Positions 19,393 through 29,267 of a stretch of DNA of 46,205 nucleotides are shown here, in pieces. Where the stretch lies: the sequence record DRR723986_7317; one strand, written 5' to 3'. Within the stretch, counting starts at the first letter, position 1, and each line of letters opens with the position of its first letter. A model generated the notes under the pieces. That model did no database searches, had not been told where the DNA came from, and saw only the letters and a list, made by a program, of their open reading frames with translations. The translations under genes were made by a program, and so were the position numbers.

Positions 19393-19629
19393 CGTCAGAT
19401 TACCTCCAAGTTTACAGTCACCATCTGGCTTGCGCCCGGTTTCAATCGTTAACTCTAGGTCGGCTGCGTTTTATCCGATCATCCCCCATTCGAAGTTTAG
19501 TGCCGCAAAAACGACGTTTCGTTAGATAGTGCGCGGCAAAAGATTGTCCTGTCAGGATTGCGGATAGAAGAGAAGGAAACAGCAGACTGTGCTGCGCATC
19601 GCTGAGAAGACGCCGGCTGTGACAAGATT

Positions 19630-20280
19630 TTACGCGACGCCCGCCTGAACAGCAGCGTCTTCCTGTTCCCTGGCCATGTTCTGGTCTTCCTGCAGCACCT
19701 TGACCACCGACGGCCTTTCCGCGAACCGCTCGATATAGGCGGTGAATTCATCGAATTCCGGTACGATGCCGAACATCGTTCCCCACCGCAGCCCCATGCC
19801 CCACAGAACGTCGACAGCCGTCATACGTTCTCCAAGAACGAAAGGTCCCTTTGCCAGTTGGGCACGCATGCTTTCCATGACGGTATCAAACGAACCATAG
19901 GCGGACATGGAATGCGGCGGTTCTTCGCGCTTGAGCGCGCGGTCTATAAGTGCCGGCTCAAAACAGGATGCCATATGCACGAACCATCGCAGGTAAGGTC
20001 CGCGCAGTGGATCATCCAGCGAGGGTGTCAGTCCTTTTTCGGGAAACAGATCGGCCAGATAGACATAGATCGCGACCTGTTCGGTAATGACTGCCTCGCC
20101 AACGCGCAATGCCGGAACTTTGCCAGCCGGGTTGACGGCAAGATATCGGGGTGTCCGGTTTTCACCCAGCTTCAGATTGAGCACATTCAGCTTGTAAGGT
20201 GCGCCCAGTTCCTCCAGGAGAACACGTACGCCGGTGGCGCGTGTCTGAGGTGCATAAAAGAGTTCGACCTGATCCGCCAT
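19630..20280 (-). CDS. Glutathione S-transferase family protein
   Basis: LLEELGAPY, YLAVNPAGKVPAL, ITEQVAIYVYLAD and GPFVLGERMTAVD. GGAGAGGA RBS. Confidence 0.93.
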   Translation of the reverse strand: MADQVELFYAPQTRATGVRVLLEELGAPYKLNVLNLKLGENRTPRYLAVNPAGKVPALRVGEAVITEQVAIYVYLADLFPEKGLTPSLDDPLRGPYLRWFVHMASCFEPALIDRALKREEPPHSMSAYGSFDTVMESMRAQLAKGPFVLGERMTAVDVLWGMGLRWGTMFGIVPEFDEFTAYIERFAERPSVVKVLQEDQNMAREQEDAAVQAGVA

Positions 20281-20365
20281 GTTCCTCTCCTTGACCGGGT
20301 GCAATCGCCATACTCTTCAACCTAGCCTATCTGGCGGGCAAGTGAACACGGGAAATCGCTTGGTG

Positions 20366-20740
20366 TCAGGAAGCCATCGTGTCGAGGATCAGCCAACCGG
20401 AAATGAGAAAGACTTCTGCGGCAAGTACGCCAACAAACACACGTTGCCGGGCTGCAAAAAACGATGCGAAGCCGAAACCGGCGGCAGCCAGACGCAGCCA
20501 GAGCGGTGTTTCTGCCAGCACACCTTGCGGGAACAGGATCAGCTTGGAAATCACTCCGGCCACCAGCGCGGTTGCAACACAGCGCACCCAGATCAGCAGT
20601 TCGCCGTCTTCACGCAGCCGGCCACCGGCAAAGACACCCAGCCACCGCCAGACGTCAGTTGCAAACCAGCCGGCGATGATGATCATCACCAGTGGCCACC
20701 AGGTTTCGGATACCAATCCACCTGCTGTTGATCCCTCCAT
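20366..20740 (-). CDS. azlD: AzlD family membrane protein
   Basis: Small multi-TM protein (TDVWRWLGV, ATALVAGV) whose ATG overlaps the azlC stop (TGATG). Confidence 0.78.
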   Translation of the reverse strand: MEGSTAGGLVSETWWPLVMIIIAGWFATDVWRWLGVFAGGRLREDGELLIWVRCVATALVAGVISKLILFPQGVLAETPLWLRLAAAGFGFASFFAARQRVFVGVLAAEVFLISGWLILDTMAS

Positions 20741-21501
20741 CACGACAGCCCCCTGCGCATGATCCTGGTTCCGAGGTAGGCAATCGTGCCGCCTACTAGG
20801 CCGGTCCAAAGCAGATCCAGCCCGGGCAGATAGGTGAAGAAGACCGGTCCGAGCAGCAGTCCTGCGACCATGGCCGCCCGGTCGGCATTGAGCCTTGCAG
20901 CCCCCCAGAGCGAGCACAGGAAATAGACAGGTGTCAGCAGGAACAAGGCACCCGCCACCATGCCCGGCATGCTTTCAACCAACAGATAGGAGACACCGGT
21001 CATGCAGAAGACGAAGCTGGTCACCGCCGCGCCAAAACCAATGAAGAACGGCAGACGTCCTTCCCTCGGCATGTCCGGCAGGTGTTTCATCGCGAACACC
21101 CAGGCAGTCACCGCAACGAAATGAGACGCGATCAGCAATTGCCAGGTCTTTGTCTTGCCCGGCACCTTGACCAGCGGCATCAAGGCCATGGTCATCGGCA
21201 TCAGGCGGACTGACGCAAGAGCGACGGCAATTCCGGCAGGAAGGATACCCATTCCGGAAGAAATCGCGCCGGTCAGAACCACGATGGAAGGCAGCGCCCA
21301 GACGAAACCGGTCATTGCCAGCGTCTCAAAGAGCGTCAGCCCTGTTTCACGGGCAAGCCCCGCATATCCGACAAACGCCGCGGTCAGAATAAACGCTGGA
21401 ATAGACACCGCCGCCCGCGCTCCACGCGCCATCCAGACCCGGGCATGTTCCGGCGGGTTCTGGGATTCCTGGTCGATATCTGGCTGATCAGGAGCCGTCA
21501 T
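20740..21501 (-). CDS. azlC: AzlC family branched-chain amino acid exporter
   Basis: Multi-TM protein (AFVGYAGLARETG, VWALPS, SVRLMPM), paired with AzlD. Confidence 0.82.
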   Translation of the reverse strand: MTAPDQPDIDQESQNPPEHARVWMARGARAAVSIPAFILTAAFVGYAGLARETGLTLFETLAMTGFVWALPSIVVLTGAISSGMGILPAGIAVALASVRLMPMTMALMPLVKVPGKTKTWQLLIASHFVAVTAWVFAMKHLPDMPREGRLPFFIGFGAAVTSFVFCMTGVSYLLVESMPGMVAGALFLLTPVYFLCSLWGAARLNADRAAMVAGLLLGPVFFTYLPGLDLLWTGLVGGTIAYLGTRIMRRGLS

Positions 21502-21632
21502 CAAGCTGACTCATCTCTGGGCAGTTAGTAAGGTAGCCTTACCTTTTTGGAGATTTTCTGTCCAGAGTGCCAATTGGTGAAAGAGTTCGGCACGCGAATT
21601 GCCGAACACCCTTTTGATGCCCTCTGAACAGC

Positions 21633-22337
21633 TCACACCGACCGCGTCAGCCCACCATCTATACGTATGTTTTGACCTGTGATATAGGCCGCCTCGTCGC
21701 TGGCCAGATAGGCGATCAGGCTTGAGATTTCGTCCGAGCGGCCGTAGCGGCCCATGGGGATCCGCGACAGGCGATCTTCCTTCTCCGGCAGGCTGTCTAT
21801 GAAACCGGGCAGGATATTGTTCATGCGCACGTTCTCGGCAGCGAACTTGTCGGCAAACAGTTTGGTGAAGCTGGCCAGCCCTGCCCGAAACACACCGGAA
21901 GTCGGAAACATCGGATCCGGCTCGAAGGTGGCGAATGTGGAGATATTGATCACCGTTCCACCACCTTGTGCAGCCATGATCGGGGCGACAAGGCGTGCCG
22001 GCCGAACGACATTCATCAGGTAGTAGTCCATGCCGAGGTGCCAGTCCTCGTCGGAAATTTCCAGTATGTCGCCTTTCGGGCCATGTCCGGATGAATTGAC
22101 GAGAACATCGATCCGGCCAAGAGCGTCCACCGTCTTGCTGACAAAGGAGGTCAGGTCGTCAGCAACCAGATTGGATCCGGTGAACCCGACCCCGCCCAAT
22201 TCCTCCGCGAGCGCTTCCCCCTTGCCGGAGGACGACAGAATTGCGACCCGGAACCCATCTGCAGCCAACCGTCTTGCTGCATCGGCACCCATGCCGGAGC
22301 CGCCAGCGGTGATCATCGCAACCTTGTTTTCGCTCAT
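21633..22337 (-). CDS. SDR family oxidoreductase (atypical active site)
   Basis: TAGGSGMG, GRIDVLVNS, RMNNILPG and YITGQNIRIDGG. GGGAGA RBS before ATG 22337. Confidence 0.92.
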   Translation of the reverse strand: MSENKVAMITAGGSGMGADAARRLAADGFRVAILSSSGKGEALAEELGGVGFTGSNLVADDLTSFVSKTVDALGRIDVLVNSSGHGPKGDILEISDEDWHLGMDYYLMNVVRPARLVAPIMAAQGGGTVINISTFATFEPDPMFPTSGVFRAGLASFTKLFADKFAAENVRMNNILPGFIDSLPEKEDRLSRIPMGRYGRSDEISSLIAYLASDEAAYITGQNIRIDGGLTRSV

Positions 22338-22522
22338 GTCCGTTCTCCCGAAAGTGTCTGCTTCATAGCTAGGCAAGCAGCCGGGCGGCGGCAAATGATT
22401 TTCCTGAATGGTTTCAATTCCAAACATGAATGAGAACAAGCGCAGTACGCCTGTTGGAGAACAGGCCCGGGGCGTGTTCCAACCCGGCCCGTTTCGCGCA
22501 TTGCGCGTCTTCGGTGCATGCG

Positions 22523-22558
22523 AAAAACAAAAAGGCCCCGAATTTCTTCGGGGCCTTT
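22523..22558 (-). terminator. Rho-independent terminator of clpA
   Basis: On the - strand: AAAGGCCCCGAA-GAAA-TTCGGGGCCTTTTTGTTTTT. Confidence 0.88.
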
Positions 22559-22579
22559 CCTATCTGATTGTGCAGGGCC

Positions 22580-25027
22580 TCAGTCGGCCAGCGGCACCTT
22601 GGGCACAAGGCTTTTCTTGGCCGGACCGCTCTTGCCTGCAGGCGGCTTCGTATCCTTGGCGGCCGCTGCCTTGGCAGCAGGCTTGCGCCGGCGTTTCGGC
22701 TTTGCCTTGGTTTCGGTCTTGGCCTTGGCTTTTGGCGGTGTCGCACGCTCCTCGATGCTTTCCAGAAGCAGACCTTTGCCGTCCTCGGACACGGTGACCT
22801 TGACCATTCCGCCTTTCTTCAATTTGCCGAACAGCACCTCGTCGGCCAGAGGCCGCTTGATGTGCTCCTGGATGATCCGCCCAAGCGGGCGAGCCCCCAT
22901 CTGGCTATCATAACCCTTGTCGGCAAGCCACTTGACGGCATCTTCCGTCAGCTCGAAGGTCACGCCGCGGTCAGCCAGCTGGACTTCCAGCTGCATGACG
23001 AACTTCTCGACCACCTTGTAGACGACTTCCATCGGCAGATTGCCGAACGGAATGATCGCATCGAGACGGTTGCGGAACTCCGGCGTGAACAGCTTGTTGA
23101 TCGCTTCCGCGTCGTCGCCTTCCCGCTTCATGCGGTTGAAGCCAACCGGCATCTTGGCCATGTCCGCGGCACCGGCGTTGGTGGTCATGATCAGGATGAC
23201 ATTGCGGAAATCGACCTGCTTGCCGTTATGGTCAGTCAGCTTGCCATGGTCCATCACCTGCAACAGGATATTGAACAGGTCTGGATGGGCCTTTTCGATC
23301 TCGTCCAGCAGCAGCACGCAGTGCGGATGCTGGTCGACACCGTCGGTCAAGAGGCCACCCTGGTCGAAGCCGACATATCCCGGAGGTGCACCGATCAGGC
23401 GCGACACGGTGTGCCGCTCCATGTATTCGGACATGTCGAACCGGATCAGTTCAACACCCAGTGAAGATGCCAGCTGCCGAGCGACTTCCGTCTTGCCTAC
23501 CCCTGTCGGGCCGGAGAACAGGTAGCTGCCGATCGGCTTGTCAGGCTCACGCAGACCGGCACGCGCCAGCTTGATGGCAGACGCCAACGTCCCGATAGCT
23601 TCATCCTGTCCGTAGACAACCCGCTTCAGATCCTTGCCGAGGTTCTCCAGAATCTCCGCATCATCCTTGGAAACGGACTTCGGCGGGATCCTGGCCATGG
23701 TGGCAATCGTGTTCTCGATTTCCTTCACGCCAATGGTCTTGCGGCGGCGGGCTTCGGGAACAAGCATCTGCGAGGCACCGGTTTCATCCAGCACGTCGAT
23801 CGCCTTGTCCGGCAGCTTGCGGTCGGAAATATATTTCGCCGACAGCTCCACAGCCACCTTGATGGCGTCGTTGGTGTAACGAACCTTGTGGAAGTCCTCG
23901 AAATAAGGCTTCAGGCCCTTCAGGATATCGATCGCGTCCGGGATCGACGGCTCGTTGACGTCGATCTTCTGGAAACGGCGTACCAGCGCCCGGTCCTTCT
24001 CGAAGAACTGGCGGTATTCCTTGTAGGTGGTCGATCCGATACAGCGGATCGCTCCGGAAGCAAGCGCCGGTTTCAGGAGGTTGGACGCATCCATTGCCCC
24101 GCCAGAGGTTGCACCGGCGCCGATCACCGTATGGATCTCGTCGATGAACATCACCGCACCCGGGTAGTCCTCGATCTCCTTGACCACCTGCTTCAGCCGC
24201 TCCTCGAAATCGCCGCGATAGCGGGTACCCGCCAGCAGCGAGCCCATATCGAGCGAGAAGATGGTGGCATCCTTCAGGACATCCGGCACATCGCCATTGA
24301 CGATGCGATGCGCCAGCCCTTCCGCAATGGCCGTCTTGCCGACACCAGGGTCGCCGACGAAGAGCGGATTGTTCTTCGACCTGCGGCACAGGATCTGGAT
24401 CGTGCGCGAAATTTCGCTGTCGCGCCCGATCAGCGGATCAATCTTGCCGTTAGTGGCCTTGGTGTTGAGATTGACACAGTAAGCTTCAAGAGCGTCCGTC
24501 TTCTGACTGGACTTCTTCTCGGTTTCAGCTCCGGGCATCACATCTTCTTCATCCGCCCCTTCGACTGGACGGGCCTCGGACATGCCGGGACGCTTGGCAA
24601 TGCCGTGCGAGATATAATTGACCGCGTCGTAACGGGTCATGTCCTGATCCTGCAGGAAGTAGGCCGCATGGCTTTCGCGTTCGGCAAAGATCGCAACAAG
24701 CACGTTGGCACCGGTCACCTCTTCCCGGCCTGACGACTGGACGTGGATAACCGCCCGCTGAATCACGCGCTGGAAGCCCGCGGTCGGCTTGGAGTCCTCG
24801 TCACTGTCCGTGACAAGGTTGTCCAGCTCGGTTTCGATATATTCAACCAGATTGCGGCGGATCGTTTCCAGATCCACGTTGCAAGCCCGCATGACCGCAG
24901 CCGCGTCCTGGTCGTCCAGCAACGCCAGCAGAAGATGCTCCAGCGTTGCATACTCCTGCTGTCGCTCGTTGGCGAAGGCCAGAGCCTGGTGAAGTGCTTT
25001 TTCAAGACTGCGTGAGAAGGAAGGCAC
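22580..25027 (-). CDS. clpA: ATP-dependent Clp protease ATP-binding subunit ClpA
   Basis: Clp N-domain ([19 protein letters not shown]); Walker A motifs GDPGVGKT and [23 protein letters not shown] and PEFRNRLD. Directly downstream of clpS; GTG start. Confidence 0.98.
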   Translation of the reverse strand: MPSFSRSLEKALHQALAFANERQQEYATLEHLLLALLDDQDAAAVMRACNVDLETIRRNLVEYIETELDNLVTDSDEDSKPTAGFQRVIQRAVIHVQSSGREEVTGANVLVAIFAERESHAAYFLQDQDMTRYDAVNYISHGIAKRPGMSEARPVEGADEEDVMPGAETEKKSSQKTDALEAYCVNLNTKATNGKIDPLIGRDSEISRTIQILCRRSKNNPLFVGDPGVGKTAIAEGLAHRIVNGDVPDVLKDATIFSLDMGSLLAGTRYRGDFEERLKQVVKEIEDYPGAVMFIDEIHTVIGAGATSGGAMDASNLLKPALASGAIRCIGSTTYKEYRQFFEKDRALVRRFQKIDVNEPSIPDAIDILKGLKPYFEDFHKVRYTNDAIKVAVELSAKYISDRKLPDKAIDVLDETGASQMLVPEARRRKTIGVKEIENTIATMARIPPKSVSKDDAEILENLGKDLKRVVYGQDEAIGTLASAIKLARAGLREPDKPIGSYLFSGPTGVGKTEVARQLASSLGVELIRFDMSEYMERHTVSRLIGAPPGYVGFDQGGLLTDGVDQHPHCVLLLDEIEKAHPDLFNILLQVMDHGKLTDHNGKQVDFRNVILIMTTNAGAADMAKMPVGFNRMKREGDDAEAINKLFTPEFRNRLDAIIPFGNLPMEVVYKVVEKFVMQLEVQLADRGVTFELTEDAVKWLADKGYDSQMGARPLGRIIQEHIKRPLADEVLFGKLKKGGMVKVTVSEDGKGLLLESIEERATPPKAKAKTETKAKPKRRRKPAAKAAAAKDTKPPAGKSGPAKKSLVPKVPLAD

Positions 25028-25039
25028 GTGCGTTTGTCC

Positions 25040-25372
25040 TCACTTTTTTTCCATGACGCATTGCAACGGATGCTGATGCTTGCGCGCGAAATCCATCACC
25101 TGGGTGACTTTCGTCTCCGCGACCTCGTAGGAATAAATCCCGCATTCCCCGACGCCGTGATGGTGAACATGCAGCATAATGCGGGTCGCCTCTTCGCGGT
25201 TTTTTTGGAAGAAGTTCTCCACAACGTGAATGACGAACTCCATCGGAGTGTAGTCATCGTTCAACAGCAGCACTCGATAGAGATTTGGCCGCTTGGTTAC
25301 TGTTTTGGTACGGGTGACTGTAACCGTTCCGGCGTCGCCACCGTCATTGTCATAATCAGAGCCCGCCGACAT
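25040..25372 (-). CDS. clpS: ClpAP adaptor protein ClpS
   Basis: [30 protein letters not shown] and [10 protein letters not shown]. Start uncertain (25372 or 25405). Confidence 0.96.
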   Translation of the reverse strand: MSAGSDYDNDGGDAGTVTVTRTKTVTKRPNLYRVLLLNDDYTPMEFVIHVVENFFQKNREEATRIMLHVHHHGVGECGIYSYEVAETKVTQVMDFARKHQHPLQCVMEKK

Positions 25373-25703
25373 TGCCGTTTCTTTTGCCTCTATCACTCCG
25401 GCCATCACCAAATTTCGAATCCTGAACACACTGCCCTGCGCAGCTGGTCCAGAGCTTTCCGCAGCACGGACTGCGCCGCGAATACGCATTCTCAGTGGTA
25501 ATCCTGCCGCGCAAGCCGCGCTCGCGCAATGGTCGATTTCATCAACATAAAGGTCAACAGCGCATTTGTAGTCCCTGCGCTGCCGGTCAAGAGGAATGTA
25601 GGTTGCCCGTTAATGATTAAAAGGTGGCAAGAGAACGCATTTCGAAATCAGGCTGCAAATGGCAGGATGAACCGCGGCAAGCCTGTAAATCTGTGCATAT
25701 ACG

Positions 25704-25732
25704 AAAAAACCCGGCTCGTCGGAGCCGGGTTT
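25704..25732 (-). terminator. Rho-independent terminator of the phasin gene
   Basis: On the - strand: AAACCCGGCTC-CGAC-GAGCCGGGTTTTTT. Confidence 0.85.
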
Positions 25733-25770
25733 GAATCTTCAAGCCGTCCTGCGACGGCTGAAAGGAAAAC

Positions 25771-26103
25771 TTATTTCGCAAGCTTGCCCATCACACCTTC
25801 GTAAGGCTTGTAGGCATCCTTGGACATGTCGGTGACCATTTCACCAATCTTTGTCATCTCGCCAACAAAACCTTCATAAGCGGTTTTGACGTAGTCGGCC
25901 TGCGCTTCAAATGCCTTGTCGAGGGACTTGGAGGAAACGAGCTTCTCAACAGCTGCGGAACCTTCCTCGAAGGACTTTTTCTGGTAGTCGGCCATTTCAG
26001 CGGCGATGGCCTGGAAACCCTTGCTGACGGAGCCGAAAGACGCCATGGCCATATCCATGTTGTCTTTGCTCATCTTCTGCATTTCATCAAAGTTGTTCAT
26101 CAT
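25771..26103 (-). CDS. phaP: Phasin family (PHA granule-associated) protein
   Basis: Helical 110-aa protein with KGFQAIAAEMADYQKKSFE..KSLDKAFEAQADYVKTAYEGFV. It sits next to clpS as in many rhizobial relatives and has PhaR-like boxes upstream. Confidence 0.85.
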   Translation of the reverse strand: MMNNFDEMQKMSKDNMDMAMASFGSVSKGFQAIAAEMADYQKKSFEEGSAAVEKLVSSKSLDKAFEAQADYVKTAYEGFVGEMTKIGEMVTDMSKDAYKPYEGVMGKLAK

Positions 26104-26196
26104 TTTCTGCCCTTTTCCGGCGAACCGGTTTCCAATCCCAAGCATCGGCCTTATGGGGCGGCCCGGCGCGCGTATCGCGTTACCTTACGGGATTTT

Positions 26197-26245
26197 GTCG
26201 TAATGCACTGCACAATAAGTGTCAAGGCGATTTTGCATTGCAAAA
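26197..26245 (-). promoter_or_regulatory. Phasin promoter with two TGC-N3-GCA (PhaR-like) boxes
   Basis: On the - strand TTGACA (26225-26220)-17 nt-TACGAC. TGCACTGCA (26204-26212) lies in the spacer and TTTTGC-ATT-GCAAAA (26231-26245) just upstream of the -35. Confidence 0.7.
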
Positions 26246-26425
26246 ACAACCATTACGCGAAATTGACAATCCTTCCACGGCGTAAGCTGTCAGACTTCCC
26301 TCTGAAAACAGACGCCCCTGATCGAGACCGGTACCAGCAACCGGAAGCAGGAAACAACAGAGCCTCAGCAAGATTTCAGTCAGATTCTTGAATTTGACCA
26401 ACTTCGGAACAACAGACACCAAAAA

Positions 26426-26522
26426 TAAACGAACGCTTAACCAATAAAACAAATTGGAATAAGAATTAGATCTAGACAATTCTTATCAAGTACGCAAAAC
26501 ACAACCTTAACCAACAATTAAC
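26426..26522 (+). promoter_or_regulatory. CtrA-binding boxes upstream of the DD-carboxypeptidase gene
   Basis: Perfect TTAA-CCAACAA-TTAAC (26507-26522) and one-mismatch TAAA-CGAACGC-TTAAC (26426-26441) in an AT-rich tract. Confidence 0.72.
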
Positions 26523-26709
26523 TCTAACAAAAAACTATTTTTTTAAGTGCTTTTTCGATCATTCATTTACTCATTCGTAACCGTGATTCCATCAAATGAC
26601 ATGGAGAACGACGGGGCCGCGGCTTTGAATCGCAGGGGGTTAAGATCCGAACCGTGCCGCTCCAGATACGAACCACGTGACCCAGAATGGGATAGTAATT
26701 GTGTTTGGG

Positions 26710-28395
26710 ATGCGTATTTTTCGCAAAGGACGGGCTCTCGCCCGCACCGCTAAGATCTTGACCCTCGGCCTGGTGCTCCTGGGGGTCCCGGCAACGGCGA
26801 TGGCCAACCCGAAATATGCGGGGATCGTCGTTGATGCAAAAACCGGCAAGACACTTTACTCCTCTTCGGCTGACGCCTACCGGTATCCGGCATCGCTCAC
26901 CAAGATCATGACGCTTTATCTTGTGTTCGAAGAACTGGAAGCCGGGCGACTGTCGCTGGACTCCAACCTGAGCGTTTCCAGCTACGCTTCCGCACGTCCG
27001 CCCTCCAAGCTGGGCCTCAAGCCCGGCGGCACAATCAAGGTCAAGGACGCCATCCTCGCACTTGTTACCAAGTCCGCGAACGACGTCGCATCCGTGATCG
27101 CTGAAAACCTGGGTGGCTCTGAAAAGAAATTCGCCGAGCGCATGACCCGTACGGCGCGCCAGATCGGCATGTCAAAGACCACTTTCCGCAACCCGCACGG
27201 CCTGCCCGACAGCGGGCAGCGTACGACGGCCCGCGACATGGCGACGCTTGGCCGCGCGATTCAGGAACGGTTCCCGCAGTACTACGGCTACTTCAAAACC
27301 CGTGCCTACAAGTACAACGGTCGCACCTATGGCAACCACAACAAGCTGCTGGGCCGTGTAAAGGGCGTAGACGGCATCAAGACCGGTTACATCCGGGCAT
27401 CCGGCTTCAATCTGGTGACGTCTGTGAACCGGGACGGACGGCAGATTGTGGCCGTCGTGATGGGTGGAAAGACCGGCGCGTCACGCAACGCGCAGATGAC
27501 AAAGCTCATCAACTCCTATCTGCCCAAGGCAAGCCGCGGCCCGAAAACGGCCCCACAGATCGTTCAGAACATCACTGAACCGACTTTCGTGGCAATTGCG
27601 CTGAAGAACCCGCCTCTTCCGAACAGCAAGCCGGGAAGCGAACCTGTGCCTGCAACGGGTGAGCCGATGGTGCTGGCATTCACCGCACCGTCCAACCCTG
27701 GCGCCATTCCGACACCGGCTCCGCCCCCCCTTCCCGTAACTGCGTCCAATGCGCCAGTCATGGCTTCGGCCCAGGCCCCTGCTCCGGTTCCAGGCTTCGG
27801 CAACGACGTTCCGCTGCCGCCGAAACTGGTCAAGCAACGCTTTGACAGCACGTTTGCAGTCGCAACAGCTCTGCCGCCAATCCCGCCTTCAAGCCCGGAT
27901 GAGCCGCTGAACACCAATTCGATTTCCCGGACTGCCCTGATCGAAGCTGCAAGAGCAGAAGTCGTGAAGTCGGACAACAGCCAGCGCGCTGTCGGCTCCG
28001 CGCAGTCGGTCAAGACGGTCTCCGTTCAGACGATCGCGGTCAACACGACGCCGGTTGAAACGGTTGCAGCGCCTGAAACCACCGCTGCCGACAACAGCAG
28101 CGACGACGACAGCGTTACGGTTGCAACCAGCGACACCCGCGATGTCGAGCCGGGCTGGCAGGTCCAGATCGCCGCAACAGAATCCGAAGGCCAGGCCATC
28201 ACGATGTTGAAGAACGCCAAGGCCAAGACCGGATCCGCCCTTCGTGGCCGGGTCCCTTACACCGAACCCGTCGACACCAACGGACAGACCCTCTACCGGG
28301 CCCGCTTCGTCGGCTTCGACACCAAAACAGCTGCGTGGAATGCCTGCAAAAGCTTGAAAAAGGCAAAATACGCTTGCTTCGCCATCTACCAGTAA
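26710..28395 (+). CDS. D-alanyl-D-alanine carboxypeptidase (peptidase S11) with Pro/Thr-rich linker and C-terminal SPOR domain
   Basis: PASLTKIMT (SxxK), KSANDVA (SxN) and GIKTGY (KTG); C-terminal WQVQIAA...LYRARFVGF...AWNACKSLK. Start could be 26677. Confidence 0.92.
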   Translation: MRIFRKGRALARTAKILTLGLVLLGVPATAMANPKYAGIVVDAKTGKTLYSSSADAYRYPASLTKIMTLYLVFEELEAGRLSLDSNLSVSSYASARPPSKLGLKPGGTIKVKDAILALVTKSANDVASVIAENLGGSEKKFAERMTRTARQIGMSKTTFRNPHGLPDSGQRTTARDMATLGRAIQERFPQYYGYFKTRAYKYNGRTYGNHNKLLGRVKGVDGIKTGYIRASGFNLVTSVNRDGRQIVAVVMGGKTGASRNAQMTKLINSYLPKASRGPKTAPQIVQNITEPTFVAIALKNPPLPNSKPGSEPVPATGEPMVLAFTAPSNPGAIPTPAPPPLPVTASNAPVMASAQAPAPVPGFGNDVPLPPKLVKQRFDSTFAVATALPPIPPSSPDEPLNTNSISRTALIEAARAEVVKSDNSQRAVGSAQSVKTVSVQTIAVNTTPVETVAAPETTAADNSSDDDSVTVATSDTRDVEPGWQVQIAATESEGQAITMLKNAKAKTGSALRGRVPYTEPVDTNGQTLYRARFVGFDTKTAAWNACKSLKKAKYACFAIYQ

Positions 28396-28412
28396 CCGCG
28401 TAACGGATGCCG

Positions 28413-29120
28413 TCAATGTCTTCTGAGAAGCGTGTCTTTAGCCTCGTTGATTTTCGCCGCGAGGAAACCGGAGCCTCCCTGGTCGGGATGGACCCGCATC
28501 ATAAGCCTGCGGTGCGCGGCTCTAATTTCCGCGTCCCCGGCATCGGGCGTAAGCCCCAGGATCTGGTAGGCCTCCTCATCTGTCATGGGGCCAGAGCTCG
28601 CCGCGCTTCCCTGCCGCTCTGCTCCATTCGCCTGGAAGTGTTCACGCCAACCGGCAAGCCTGCGGTCGAGATAAGCTTCGACTAGCTTCTGGCTCTGACC
28701 GTCCTGGGCCGTTTCCTGCCAAAAGGCTTCCAGGTCCGTTTCGGTCAACTGATCCAGCTCGCGCCCCTGATAGGTGCCTGCCAGCACGATCCCGGTCATG
28801 TGACCGGAATCGTGATCGAGTTCCATCTCCACCATAGCGGTCCGCACGCGGGAACGTTGTCCGGAGGTTTTCTGAGGTTTGTAGCCTGACGAGAGCCAGT
28901 TCAGCCCGGACATCCCCAGCACGGACAAGCCAAGCCCGAACAACGGGATGGCAAACACGAACCGGCCCGTCAGCGCAAAGACCAGCGCCAACACCATCAG
29001 AAACGCTCCTCCGAAGAGGCGCAGTCCTCTGGCCAGATTTGCGGGATTGGCGTTCACGAACTTGTTGCCGAGCGTCAACAGGGCGGTCAGCAGTATCAAG
29101 CCGATAATCAAATAAATCAT
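28413..29120 (-). CDS. Membrane protein with C-terminal DnaJ domain (Pam18/Tim14-like)
   Basis: Several N-terminal TMs; J-domain [43 protein letters not shown] with intact HPD. Confidence 0.9.
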   Translation of the reverse strand: MIYLIIGLILLTALLTLGNKFVNANPANLARGLRLFGGAFLMVLALVFALTGRFVFAIPLFGLGLSVLGMSGLNWLSSGYKPQKTSGQRSRVRTAMVEMELDHDSGHMTGIVLAGTYQGRELDQLTETDLEAFWQETAQDGQSQKLVEAYLDRRLAGWREHFQANGAERQGSAASSGPMTDEEAYQILGLTPDAGDAEIRAAHRRLMMRVHPDQGGSGFLAAKINEAKDTLLRRH

Positions 29121-29267
29121 GTGGCGGTTGGTTCCCCGTTCGCCGGCCCGGGACCATCACATTGGGATGCCCCGGCCCTACTCCAGTCACGTGTCGAAAG
29201 TTGCCGAGTATGTAAACCTCCGGCACCGGCTACAGCAAGGAAGTGCAAGCCCGGCGCTTTCCGGGCT

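Noticed and set aside
26222-26479. 85-aa ORF in the phasin-dac intergenic region
   Set aside because: It overlaps AT-rich promoter DNA with CtrA-like and PhaR-like boxes, has atypical composition and no clear RBS.
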